A DNA stretch of 64,000 nucleotides, taken from contig JBFMBH010000006.1 in the NCBI GenBank assembly GCA_040755095.1, forward strand, positions 1,290 to 65,289, read 5' to 3'. This stretch comes from Thermodesulfobacteriota bacterium. Lineage in GTDB: Bacteria > Desulfobacterota > Desulfobulbia > Desulfobulbales > JBFMBH01. Each line of letters starts with the position of its first letter. The stretch's first letter is position 1. Below, in pieces: positions 1 to 8,841 of this stretch. A program made the position numbers and the translations under genes. The notes under the pieces were generated by a model. The model saw nothing but the letters and a program-made list of their open reading frames with translations, had not been told where the DNA came from and ran no database searches.

Positions 1-3000
1 AGCGGCCATGGGCCTCGACATCCAGGGAGCGCCAAACCAGGAGCTCCTTTCTGAGGGCATGCAGGAAGGCCCGGTTCATCCGGAGCCAGACATTGGCCTC
101 CCCGGCCTCCCGCACCAGCCGCACCCGGATCTCCAGATAGCCTTCCGCCTCCGCCGCCGGGCAGAACTGCACGTCCACCCGCTGCATGATCCCGAAATCG
201 AACGGCGCCAGCCACACCCGGGCATGGAGGTGCAGGCAGGCCGGGTGCGGGCAGGTGGCCCGGACACAGGCCGCGCCCGGCTCGGCGCTCAGGCGCTCCG
301 GACAGATCTGGGTGATCTCCAGCTCGCCGGTGGAAAAAAGGCCGTGGGAGACGTCCCGGTGGGCCATGAGATAGGAATAGATGAAGCCGCCGATGCTCTC
401 ATGCTCGGCCAGGCGCATGAGAAACGGCAGGGTGATGGCCAGCTCGTTGCCGGTCACCGGCGGCAGGGACCAGGCCCGGTTGACGTCCGGGATGGCGATG
501 GCCGCCGCCACCCGGGCAGGATAGAGCGCCGAGACCAGAACCACTGCCATCACCAGCAGCATGGCCGCCACCCCGGACAGGGAGGAGTAGTTGACCGTGA
601 TGCCGGCCCACAGCGGGGTGCCGGCAAAGAGCCGGGCCGAGGTCTGGGCCAGGAGATAGCCGATCACCACACTCAGGATTGCCAGGGCCAGGGCCTCGGC
701 GATGAAGAGAAAGCCGACATGGGAGGGCGCCAGCCCCACCGAGGTGTAGATGCCGATCTCCCGGCGCCGTTCGAACACCGAGCTGATCATGGTGTTCAGG
801 ACGATGAAGATGGCAATGAGCACCGGCACCACGATATTGGGCACCCCGGAATAGCCCAGGGTGTCGCTGGCATGGTAGAGGAAGGTGCCCTGGGGCTCGC
901 CGGTGAACAGGGCGAGGCCGAAGCGGTCGGCCATCTCGTGGGCCAGGGCCGCCAGGTCGGTGCCGTCCGGCGGCCGGGCGGCCAGGCCCTTGAGATGACC
1001 GCCGGCCGCCAGCAGGAAGCCGGCGCTGGCGATCACCGTCTCCTCGGCCGGCACATGCTGGCAGCGGCTGTGGAAGGCCCGGACCTCCTCTCCGGACTCC
1101 AGGGCCTCCATCTCCGCCTCGGTCATCTCCATGGCCGCCTCGCCGGGGAAGATGACCGGGGTCAGGCTCTCACCGTCCAGGTCCGGCCGCCTCTCCAGCA
1201 GCTCCGGGGCGAAGCAGCCCACCACCCGGAAGGGCCGGCCCCACATCTCCACCGGAGCCGCCTGGGGCTCGGCGGGGTCGATGCCCAGGGCCTGGGCCAG
1301 GGGGGCCGGCAGAAGGAGGGCATCCATCTCCCCCTCCTTGAGCCAACGGCCGCCCACCAGGGTCCGATCGAGGCCGGTGACCCGGGGCTCGCTGGCCGCC
1401 AGGCCCAGGAGACCCTGGGCCTCCACCTGGGCCGATCCGTGCCGCACCGGGAAGCGCAGCGCCCGGCTGGGGTCGTCGTCCTCCAGCCAGACCCGGGGAC
1501 CCACCCGCTCCCGGCCGCCGAAGAAGGCCGCCAGCTGGTCGGCAGCCTGCGGCGGCAGGCTCTGCCAGGAGACGTTCTTCACCAGCAGGCCCTGGTAGCC
1601 GGCCTCCGGAGCAAAGCGGAGCCGGGCGTGGTGGCGGATCCCCTTCACCGTGGTGAAGCTCATGATGGTGAAGGTGAGGATCACCAGGGTGGTGCAGGTC
1701 AGCGCCGTGCGCAGCCGCCGGCGCCGCAGGTTGCTGACCCCGAGAAGAAGGGCGGCCAGCATCGCCTTGCCGCGGCTGATCTCCGTGGCCAGCTGATGCC
1801 GGGCCCGGCGCTGCAGGCCGGCCATCTCGGTCTCGAAGCGGGCGACGATGATGGCGGTGACCAGGAGGGAGAGCCCAAGGATGAAGAAGGCGCCGATCAC
1901 GACCAGGGGGCTGTAGGCCAGCTGGAAGGCCGGATGCACCCGGTAGACCAGGGCGATGAGGGCCACCAGGATGCCGGTAAAGGCGAGGATGCGGCGGTGG
2001 ATGTCCACCGCGGCCACGGTCAGGCGCTCCAGGCAGAAGGCGAAGGGGGCAAACAAGGCGATGTAGAACAGCACGCCGAAGAGCACATCCCGACCGGTGC
2101 TGTCCACCTGGTCGTAAACCCGGCTGGCCAGGGCCAGGGAGCGGTTGCTGGCCGCCACAAAGCCGGAATAGCTGCTGGCCGACAGCGCCGCCATGGCCTG
2201 GGCCAGGGCCTCCCGGCCGCTGGCGCGCAGGTTGCGGATCCGCTCGTCCACCACCCCCCGCTCCTCCAGGGCGTCGATGCGGGGGCCCAGAAGATGCCAC
2301 ATGTCGGAGGCGGCCCGGAAGGCGGTGTAGTAGACCACCGGCCAGTCGTCCACCAGGTAGCCGCGGCCCTCGGGATGCTCCCGGTCGCTGTTCAGGAGGA
2401 TCATCTTCTTGCGCAGGATGGTGTCCGACAGGGTGAGCTTCAACGGGGTGCCCGGCTCCAGAAAGATCGAGGCGACGGTGGAGACCCGGGTGTCGATGCG
2501 GCTGTACCAGTAGCGGACCGGCAGGGTCTCCCGGCGGCCGTCGATGAGCTCGATCTTGGTCAGCGGCCGGAGGGTGCGGGGCTCCAGGAGATCGAAGAGG
2601 GTGAGCTGGCGGCAGGCGAACATGACGAGGTCGGTCTCCATCTGCCGCCGCTGCATCTTCACCCGGTAGGCGTCCTTGCCGGTGCGCTTCTTGTCCACCG
2701 CCCACAGGGTCTCGCCGGTGGCCGGATCGAAGCGGTAGGCCTCCAGGATCACCTTGTCCAGCACATGGCGCTTGTCGGCCACCCCCAGGAGCTCGAAGCC
2801 GCCCCGGGCATCCACCATGGCATGGAAGCGGGCTGGCCCCTGGAAGGCCAGGACCACGGTGCCCGGTGCCGGCTGGTCGGCAAAGAGCTCGCCATGACGC
2901 AGGAACTTGGCCCGGCCCCGCAGCACGGAAAAGCCGTTCGGCGGCGGCTCGCCGGCGGCCAGGCTCGGCGCTGCCGCCAGACCGGTCACCAGGTCGTGCA

Positions 3001-4759
3001 CCAGTCGGGCCTGGTGGCGGGCCCGCTCCCAGTCCACGCCTTGCGGCAGGTCATAGGGGGTGCCCCAGGCCGAACGGCCGTCATGGACCGTGGCCAGGGT
3101 CAGGCCGCGCAGGCCGGCCAGGGCGCTCACCTCGCCGGCCAGGGCCGGCCGGTCCAGGAAATGGCTCTGCCAGGAACGGCTCTGGCTGGGCCGCAGGGTG
3201 TCCCGGTAGAGATCCCCGGCCGGGGAGCCGGCGGCAGCGGCGGCCAGGGCCCGATCCACCAGGCTGTAGGCCGGGGTGCGGTTGACCTGAGGCTTCAAGG
3301 CATAGAGAAAGCCGGAGTGGAAGGCCCCTAAGCCCTGGCCGTGGCTGGACAGATGCAAGGAGACCGCGGCCGCGATCTCGAATTCCCCGACCTGGCGGCG
3401 CAGGCTGGCTGCCGCCTTGAGCAGGCGGGCCTCCCGGCGGCTGGCGGCCAGGAGCCCCTGGCTGTCCTCCTTCGCCCGGGGCACCAGCCAGGCCAGCAGG
3501 GCCTTCTCCTCTGCCGGCAGCCCGCCCCAGGAGCTGCGCCAGCCCAGCCGCCGCAGGACGAGACGCTGGCCGGCCAGGGCCTCGATGCGGGCCCGCCGCT
3601 CCGGACCGGCCTCTTCCATGCGCAGGCGCATGAGTTGGCCGGACAAATCATCCACCTCGGTCTTGATCCGCTCGGCCACCGCCAGCCGCACCGCCAGCGG
3701 TGCCTGCTCCGGCGCATCGGCGGCCTGCGCCAGGCCGGCCAGCACCGCCTCCTGCTCGTCGCTCGCCGCCTGCAGCTCCTTCTGCCGGTCCCGCAGCTCC
3801 TTGGCCCTGAGGCTTACCGCCCAGACCAGCTGGCGCATGCCGGCCTGGGCCTGGGCGTGACCGGCGGAGGCCACCAGCAGGACCGAGCGGGCCGGAGGGG
3901 CGGCGACCAGCCGCCGGGCCGAGGCCAAGAGGGTGGCGATGCCCAGGGCCTCGTCCGCCCCAGGGGAGGCGCCCAGCACCGTGGCGGTGCTGTCGTAGAA
4001 CGTTTCCAGGATCAGAAGCTCACCGGCCAGCCTGGGGTCAGCGCCGGGGACGAGGGCATAGAGGCTGTCGGCCTCCACCTCCTGCCAGGCCACCGAGGCG
4101 GTCAGCCGCGCCTGGCCGGCCAGGATTCCGTCGGATCGCGCCCCGGGCTCGCCCAGGGCGCCGAGGGCCGCCACCGGCAGCCAGAAGCGGGGAAAGGTCA
4201 GGGGGGAGAGCTCCAGCTTGTCGGCCAGGAGGAGGCGGTCGGTGTTGCTCCGGTCGAGATAGATCACCGCCAGGGCGCCCAGGGAGGCGACGGTGAGCCA
4301 GGCGTTGCCGGAATCCAGCTCCAGAAGGACGATGGCGCCGGCCACCGGCCTGCCATCCAGGTCGGCCAACTCGCCGCGGCCGCCGTAGACCAGGGGTCCG
4401 GCCAGGCCGGCCGCCGGCATGCTGCCCGGCGCGATGGCGTTGGCCGCCAGCGGCTGCACCGGGATGGTCAGGCCCGCCGCGGCCACGGTGAGCCGGGCAG
4501 GGCCGGCCCGCAGCACCGGCAAGGCCATGGGCAGACGGGCCGGATGAAGGCCCAGGTCCCGCAGCTCCGCCTCCAGCAGATCGGCCGCCTCGCCGGCGCC
4601 GGGGCTGCCGGTGCTGCGGTCGCCCAGGGCCGCCAGCTCCTCCACCACCCGCACCAGCGGGTCGTTCGCGGCCCAGGCCACCTCGACGGCCGGCGCCGCT
4701 CCCAGACTCGCCACCAGCAGCCCGACTGCGACCACGAAGCCGGGGCGCCAGTCAGCCAT
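1..4759 (-). CDS. Giant tandem-FtsX (MacB/YbbP-like) ABC permease with a very large N-terminal ectodomain containing a degenerate PA/M28-peptidase-like module. The 3' end runs off the window (>=1586 codons).
   Basis: Absent from the ORF track because it has no stop in the window. I read every codon in register with ATG 4759..4757 down to position 2 and found no in-frame TAA/TAG/TGA. N-terminus MADWRPGFVVAVGLLVASLGAAPAVEVAWA looks like a signal peptide or anchor. M28-like block 'ILETFYDSTATVLGASPGADEALGIATLLASARRL'. TM cluster 'VLFGVLFYIALFAPFAFCL / ILAFTGILVALIALVY / LVVIGAFFILGLSLLVTAIIV'. Second module 'LRRRRLRTALTCTTLVILTFTIMSF' plus FtsX signature 'NTMISSVFERRREIGIYTSVGLAPSHVGFLFIAEALALAILSVVIGYLLAQ'. 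The ATG overlaps the upstream ATPase stop by 8 nt. Confidence 0.8.
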   Translation of the reverse strand, partial: MADWRPGFVVAVGLLVASLGAAPAVEVAWAANDPLVRVVEELAALGDRSTGSPGAGEAADLLEAELRDLGLHPARLPMALPVLRAGPARLTVAAAGLTIPVQPLAANAIAPGSMPAAGLAGPLVYGGRGELADLDGRPVAGAIVLLELDSGNAWLTVASLGALAVIYLDRSNTDRLLLADKLELSPLTFPRFWLPVAALGALGEPGARSDGILAGQARLTASVAWQEVEADSLYALVPGADPRLAGELLILETFYDSTATVLGASPGADEALGIATLLASARRLVAAPPARSVLLVASAGHAQAQAGMRQLVWAVSLRAKELRDRQKELQAASDEQEAVLAGLAQAADAPEQAPLAVRLAVAERIKTEVDDLSGQLMRLRMEEAGPERRARIEALAGQRLVLRRLGWRSSWGGLPAEEKALLAWLVPRAKEDSQGLLAASRREARLLKAAASLRRQVGEFEIAAAVSLHLSSHGQGLGAFHSGFLYALKPQVNRTPAYSLVDRALAAAAAGSPAGDLYRDTLRPSQSRSWQSHFLDRPALAGEVSALAGLRGLTLATVHDGRSAWGTPYDLPQGVDWERARHQARLVHDLVTGLAAAPSLAAGEPPPNGFSVLRGRAKFLRHGELFADQPAPGTVVLAFQGPARFHAMVDARGGFELLGVADKRHVLDKVILEAYRFDPATGETLWAVDKKRTGKDAYRVKMQRRQMETDLVMFACRQLTLFDLLEPRTLRPLTKIELIDGRRETLPVRYWYSRIDTRVSTVASIFLEPGTPLKLTLSDTILRKKMILLNSDREHPEGRGYLVDDWPVVYYTAFRAASDMWHLLGPRIDALEERGVVDERIRNLRASGREALAQAMAALSASSYSGFVAASNRSLALASRVYDQVDSTGRDVLFGVLFYIALFAPFAFCLERLTVAAVDIHRRILAFTGILVALIALVYRVHPAFQLAYSPLVVIGAFFILGLSLLVTAIIVARFETEMAGLQRRARHQLATEISRGKAMLAALLLGVSNLRRRRLRTALTCTTLVILTFTIMSFTTVKGIRHHARLRFAPEAGYQGLLVKNVSWQSLPPQAADQLAAFFGGRERVGPRVWLEDDDPSRALRFPVRHGSAQVEAQGLLGLAASEPRVTGLDRTLVGGRWLKEGEMDALLLPAPLAQALGIDPAEPQAAPVEMWGRPFRVVGCFAPELLERRPDLDGESLTPVIFPGEAAMEMTEAEMEALESGEEVRAFHSRCQHVPAEETVIASAGFLLAAGGHLKGLAARPPDGTDLAALAHEMADRFGLALFTGEPQGTFLYHASDTLGYSGVPNIVVPVLIAIFIVLNTMISSVFERRREIGIYTSVGLAPSHVGFLFIAEALALAILSVVIGYLLAQTSARLFAGTPLWAGITVNYSSLSGVAAMLLVMAVVLVSALYPARVAAAIAIPDVNRAWSLPPVTGNELAITLPFLMRLAEHESIGGFIYSYLMAHRDVSHGLFSTGELEITQICPERLSAEPGAACVRATCPHPACLHLHARVWLAPFDFGIMQRVDVQFCPAAEAEGYLEIRVRLVREAGEANVWLRMNRAFLHALRKELLVWRSLDVEAHGR

Positions 4760-5489
4760 GGGCCGCGATCCCACCCACCGAGATGGACAGCTCCTCCCGG
4801 TCGCCGATGCGCTCGATGCGGCCGTCCCGGATCCAGACCACCTGATCCGAGACATTGAGCATCTTGATGTCATGGGTGGCGGAGATGATGGTCACCCCCC
4901 GCTCCTGGGACAGGCTCTTGAGCAGGGCGATGATCTCCTCGCCGGTGGCGAGATCCAGGTTGCCGGTGGGCTCGTCGGCCAGGATGATGGCCGGATCGTT
5001 GGCCAGGGAGCGGGCCACCGCCACCCGCTGCTGCTGGCCGCCGGACAGCTCCGAGGGCTTGTGACGGAAGCGCTCGCCCAGGCCGACCAGCCCAAGGAGG
5101 CCAAGGCCCTTGTCCACGGCGGCGTCGTTGGCCATGCCGGCAAAGACCATGGGCAGGGTGACGTTCTCCAGGGCGGTCATCACCGGAATCAGGTTGAAGG
5201 TCTGGAAGATGTAGCCGATCTTCCGGCAGCGCAGCCAGGCCAGCTCGTAGGCATCCAACTGGGCGATGTCCACCTCGTCGATGAACACCTTGCCGGTCGT
5301 GGGCTTGTCCAGGCCGCCGATCATGTTGAAAAGCGTGCTCTTGCCCGAGCCGGAGGGCCCCATGATGGAGATGTAACGGCCGGCGGCGATGGTGAGGTCG
5401 ACGCCCTTCAAGGCCTGGACCTCGGTGCCGCCCATGGCAAAGGTCTTGGTGACCCCGGCGACCCGGACAATGGCGTGACCGCTCGTCAT
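4752..5489 (-). CDS. ABC transporter ATP-binding protein, MacB/LolD-type (245 aa)
   Basis: Walker A 'GPSGSGKST', Q-loop 'FQTFNLIP', signature 'LSGGQQQRVAVAR', Walker B 'ILADEPTGNLD', H-loop 'ATHD'. I chose ATG 5489 (MTSGHAIVRVAGVTKTF). The track ORF extends to 5849 through low-complexity sequence with poor GC3. Confidence 0.9.
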   Translation of the reverse strand: MTSGHAIVRVAGVTKTFAMGGTEVQALKGVDLTIAAGRYISIMGPSGSGKSTLFNMIGGLDKPTTGKVFIDEVDIAQLDAYELAWLRCRKIGYIFQTFNLIPVMTALENVTLPMVFAGMANDAAVDKGLGLLGLVGLGERFRHKPSELSGGQQQRVAVARSLANDPAIILADEPTGNLDLATGEEIIALLKSLSQERGVTIISATHDIKMLNVSDQVVWIRDGRIERIGDREELSISVGGIAAHG

Positions 5490-5533
5490 GACCGTGCCCC
5501 GGCGCTCCGCTCCCTGTTGTCCATCAGGTCCAT
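5486..5533 (-). CDS. Candidate 15-codon upstream ORF (MDLMDNRERSAGARS) translationally coupled to the ABC ATPase
   Basis: Strong SD GGAGGAGGA (5538..5546) lies 4 nt before ATG 5533. GC3 is 13/15 codons. Its TGA (5486..5488) overlaps the ATPase ATG (5487..5489) as ATGA. The ATPase has no SD of its own. Confidence 0.3.
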   Translation of the reverse strand: MDLMDNRERSAGARS

Positions 5534-5557
5534 AGCGTCCTCCTCCATCCCGCAGCA

Positions 5558-6259
5558 TCACGGCTCGACGCGCATGGCTTCCACCGGCTGCATCCGGGCC
5601 GCCACCAGCGCCGGGTAGACGACCCCCAGGAGGCTTAAGCCACAGCCCACCGCCGTGGCCCGGCCCGCGGTGGCCAGAAGCGCTGGCCAGACGGAGCCCG
5701 CCAGAACCGCCGGTCCGAACCGGACCCAGGCGGTGAGGAAAGCGGCGAGCACCCCGATGAGGGCGCCGGCCGCCGCGCCAGCCAGGCCTTGCATGCCAGC
5801 CTCCAGAAAGAAGAGCCGGACCACGAAGCGATCCAGGGCGCCCAGGCATTTCATGGTGCCGATCTCCCGGAAGCGCTCGGTGACCGCCATGAGCTGGGCA
5901 TTGACGATCCCCACCGTGCAGACCAGGAGGGAGAGGATGACGATCCAGCGCTCCTTGGCGCTGCTGCCGATGCTGGCCTGGCCCGGCGCCAGATCGTGGC
6001 CGGCCCGGATCAGGGCCTCCCGCAGGCCTTCGTCACCGGTGGCCAGCAGGCCGTTGGCCAGCTCGATGCTGCTCTGGACAAAGGCCAGAAAAGCCACCGC
6101 TGCCACCAGGGTCAGGGTGGTGATGAGAGAGCGCAGGAAACGGACCCGGATGCTCTGGAAGGCGATGAGCACCGACTTGGCGAGGGGCAGCCGCACCTGC
6201 CGGCCGGCAGCATGCGTCGGGACAGAAGCAGGGTCGGAAGACGACAGGGTACGGGTCAT
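5558..6259 (-). CDS. Small FtsX-family ABC permease (233 aa, 4 TM, minimal extracytoplasmic loop)
   Basis: TM1 'LITTLTLVAAVAFLAFV'. FtsX core 'NAQLMAVTERFREIGTMKCLGALDRFVVRLFFLEAGMQGLAGAAAGALIG'. C-terminal 'YPALVAARMQPVEAMR'. Confidence 0.85.
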   Translation of the reverse strand: MTRTLSSSDPASVPTHAAGRQVRLPLAKSVLIAFQSIRVRFLRSLITTLTLVAAVAFLAFVQSSIELANGLLATGDEGLREALIRAGHDLAPGQASIGSSAKERWIVILSLLVCTVGIVNAQLMAVTERFREIGTMKCLGALDRFVVRLFFLEAGMQGLAGAAAGALIGVLAAFLTAWVRFGPAVLAGSVWPALLATAGRATAVGCGLSLLGVVYPALVAARMQPVEAMRVEP

Positions 6260-6272
6260 GGCACAGGAGATT

Positions 6273-7091
6273 CTATACTGGTGCGGTGGGGCTTGTCCAA
6301 CCCTCTGGCAGCAGATGACCGAAATGCACCAGCCGCACCCCTGGCAGGCGTGCCAACCCGGCCAGGAGCGCGTCCAGGAAGACGAAGGCCGCCTGGTTCA
6401 TCCGCTGGTGGTGGATCATGATGCCGCAGCGGTCGGCGGCCAGCCCCTGGGCCAGCTCTTCCAGGAGAATGGCCGCCGCGGCTGCCGGCTCGGACTGCCG
6501 GCGGGTGTGCAGATCCACCCGTACCGGCAGCTCGGTCACGCCCGGCTGCGCCGGCGGCAGGGCGCCTTGCCAGCGGGAGAGCACCGGCAGGCCCAGCCCC
6601 GGCAGCAGGGCCAGGGCCGTTTCACTCATGCGGTTCCAGGGCGGCGTGAACGCCGGGAAGAAGGCCTCACCCAGGATCCCGGCCAGCCGCTGCCGGCCCT
6701 TGGCCAGATCGGCGCGCAGCTTTGCCTCCGGCCGGGCGGCGCCAAACTCCTCCTTGCGGCCCGCGGGCTGGTGGTTGCGGTGGCGCCAGCCGTGCTGGTG
6801 CCAGCACCACAGATCCGGATCGACGCCGGCGACCAGGGCCCGGATCTCCTGCCAGCGCCGGCTGGTGAGCCAGGCCGGCACCACCGCCAGGGCCAGGGGC
6901 ACGTGATGCCCGGCGAAGGTGGCCAGGAGCCGGGCCAGGTTGCGGCCCGGCACACCGATATCGTCGGCCCGGAAAAAGACCGCCACCGGCGCTGCCGCCG
7001 GCCGGCGGGCCACCGCAGCCAGCAGGGCCTGCAAGCGGGGCAGGAGGTCGGCAGGCGGCGCCTGCCACAGGGGCACGGGGGGCCGGGTCAT
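6273..7091 (-). CDS. Polysaccharide deacetylase-like protein (NodB/CE4 or DUF2334-type fold)
   Basis: 'VFFRADDIG' (Asp pair), 'HQHGWRH' (HxxxH), 'TPPWNR'. The ATG overlaps the stop of the upstream glycosyltransferase as ATGA (7088-7091). Confidence 0.7.
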   Translation of the reverse strand: MTRPPVPLWQAPPADLLPRLQALLAAVARRPAAAPVAVFFRADDIGVPGRNLARLLATFAGHHVPLALAVVPAWLTSRRWQEIRALVAGVDPDLWCWHQHGWRHRNHQPAGRKEEFGAARPEAKLRADLAKGRQRLAGILGEAFFPAFTPPWNRMSETALALLPGLGLPVLSRWQGALPPAQPGVTELPVRVDLHTRRQSEPAAAAAILLEELAQGLAADRCGIMIHHQRMNQAAFVFLDALLAGLARLPGVRLVHFGHLLPEGWTSPTAPV

Positions 7092-8245
7092 GGCAGGCGT
7101 CCCTCCTGCACCAGCTGCCGCAACAAGGACGCGGTCCGGGCGGCGCCGTCCAGATCCACGGCCGGCGGGGCGGCGGCCCGCCGGCCCAGGGCCTGGGCCA
7201 TGCGACGGGCCAGAGGCGCCGGCTCCAGGTCCTCGTCCTCCAGAATGCCCAGGCCGGTCCTGGCGCCCAGCCGCTCGGCCCGTAGCCGCTGCTCCCGGTT
7301 CTGGTCAAAGGGCCACACCAGAGCCGGCACGCCGGTGGCCAGGATATTCATGGTCGTGTTGTAGCCGGCCATGCTCACCGACAGGTCGGCGGCCGCCAAG
7401 AGATCCAGGAACTGGTCGCTGAAGCGCTCCACCCGCAATCCCGGCCCGGCCTGGGCCTGGAGGGCTGCCAGGTCCGCCTCCGGCAGAAACGGGCCGCTCA
7501 GAACGAGGAGCAGACCCGGCCGTTGCAGCAGGGGCCAGGCCGCCGCCACCGCCCGCAGGAGGGGGCCGGCCACCGCGCCGCCGCCGCCGCTGGCCACGAC
7601 CAGGATGTCGCCGGCCGCAAGCCCCAGCTCCTGCCGCACGCGACCAAAAGCCCCAGCCCCCGGCCGCGGCGCCACGAAGCCGGTGTAGCGCACCGGCGGC
7701 CGGATGGCCCCCAGGCTGCCAAAGGTTTCCGCCAGGGACAGGACCGCCGGATCGGCGTGGACGAGCACGGCGTCGAAGAACCGGTTCAGGGTGGACACCA
7801 CCCGCTCCTCGTAGCCGGCGGTGTCCTTCTTCTCCACCAGCACGTCCCGCAGCGAGGAGACCACCCGGCAGGCAGGCAGACGGCCGTCCCGGATGCCAGC
7901 CAGAACCGGGTCGAGCTCCCGGCGGAAGGCCTTGCGGCCGAAAGGGTAGAGCTCCACCAGGAAGAGGTCGGGTGCCTCGGCGGCACAAAGGGCCAGGAGC
8001 GCCTCCTGCCGCTGGCGCCAGATGGCCTCCACCGGGGCGTCCTGGGCCTGGAAGCCGGTGAAGGCGGCGTCCATCATCAGGGCCGGCAGCCGGATCTCCC
8101 GGACATGGGCCGGCAAGCGCACCGGCACGGCGGCGCCGCCCGTGACCAGGAGTACATGCTCCCCCGCCAGGGCCTCGTCGATGGCCAGGCTGCGGAAGAG
8201 ATGCCCCATGCCCAGGACATGCTGGCAGTAGTGGAGGACCTTCAT
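7088..8245 (-). CDS. Glycosyltransferase, GT28 C-terminal domain / COG4671-like (385 aa)
   Basis: N-terminal 'YCQHVLGMGHLFRSLAI', Gly-rich 'VVASGGGG', C-terminal 'SVSMAGYNTTMNILATGVPALVWPF..REQRLRA'. Paralog of 11331..12521. ATGA overlap with the upstream phosphatase stop. Confidence 0.75.
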   Translation of the reverse strand: MKVLHYCQHVLGMGHLFRSLAIDEALAGEHVLLVTGGAAVPVRLPAHVREIRLPALMMDAAFTGFQAQDAPVEAIWRQRQEALLALCAAEAPDLFLVELYPFGRKAFRRELDPVLAGIRDGRLPACRVVSSLRDVLVEKKDTAGYEERVVSTLNRFFDAVLVHADPAVLSLAETFGSLGAIRPPVRYTGFVAPRPGAGAFGRVRQELGLAAGDILVVASGGGGAVAGPLLRAVAAAWPLLQRPGLLLVLSGPFLPEADLAALQAQAGPGLRVERFSDQFLDLLAAADLSVSMAGYNTTMNILATGVPALVWPFDQNREQRLRAERLGARTGLGILEDEDLEPAPLARRMAQALGRRAAAPPAVDLDGAARTASLLRQLVQEGRLP

Positions 8246-8841
8246 AACGGTTGGGCGTTGACCCTGGTGACAGCCAGCTGGCCGGCGGTCGCGGTCAGGA
8301 GATGGAGATGGCGCGGCGCCAGCGGTGAAGGCCGGCCAGCCACAAAGTCATGTCCGGTCAGCCGGTAGACAAGGCACTTCACCACCCCCTCGTGAGCGAC
8401 CACCAGGATCCGGCCGCCGGGCCGGGCCGCGGCAGCCGCCAGCAGGGCCTGGCGGCTGCGCTCCCAGACCTGGCCCCGGTCCTCGCCGCCGGGGGGCCGG
8501 AACCCCCAGCCGGCCGCCTCCTGGGCTGCCACCGCCTGCCGGTCCAGGTCGGCAAGGCGGCAGCCGGTCCAGGTCCCCCAGTCCTGCTCCCGCAGCCGGC
8601 CATCCACCAGGACCGGCAGGCCCAGCTGGTCGGCCAGCCCCAGGGCCGTGGCCCGGGCGCGCCCCAGATCGCTGGTCAGGACGCCCTGCCAGCCGTGGCC
8701 GGCCAGGGCTGCAGCCCAGCGGCTGATCTCGGCCTGGGCCCCGGAGGCCAAGGGGCTGTCGGCCTGGCCCTGGATGCGGCGCTCCTGGTTCCATACCGTG
8801 GTGGCGTGGCGCATGAGGCCAAAAAGGGTGGAATCCGTCAT
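8242..8841 (-). CDS. Histidine phosphatase family protein (phosphoglycerate-mutase-like)
   Basis: 'LMRHATTVWN' (RH catalytic motif), 'DWGTWTG', 'VVAHEGVVKCL'. ATG 8841 overlaps the stop of the upstream GT4 gene (ATGA). The track start GTG 8853 is an alternative. Confidence 0.75.
   Translation of the reverse strand: MTDSTLFGLMRHATTVWNQERRIQGQADSPLASGAQAEISRWAAALAGHGWQGVLTSDLGRARATALGLADQLGLPVLVDGRLREQDWGTWTGCRLADLDRQAVAAQEAAGWGFRPPGGEDRGQVWERSRQALLAAAAARPGGRILVVAHEGVVKCLVYRLTGHDFVAGRPSPLAPRHLHLLTATAGQLAVTRVNAQPL

Noticed and set aside
8-4858. Track ORFs 8..3331(+) (1107 aa) and 3341..4858(+) (505 aa), plus 1170..2705(-) and 3328..3717(-).
   Set aside because: Their translations are low-complexity Gly/Arg/His/Gln/Pro strings with no family motifs. 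The two plus-strand ORFs are codon-aligned antisense shadows of the real minus-strand gene 1..4759. The single plus-strand stop at 3329-3331 (TAA) is simply a TTA Leu codon of that gene.
5490-5558. N-terminal extension of the ABC ATPase from ATG 5558 (TGATG-coupled to the permease stop).
   Set aside because: The 23 extra codons (MLRDGGGRYGPDGQQGAERRGTV) have only about half G/C at third positions, versus near-saturation in the genes. ABC ATPases of this type normally start a few residues before the first beta-strand. I preferred ATG 5489.
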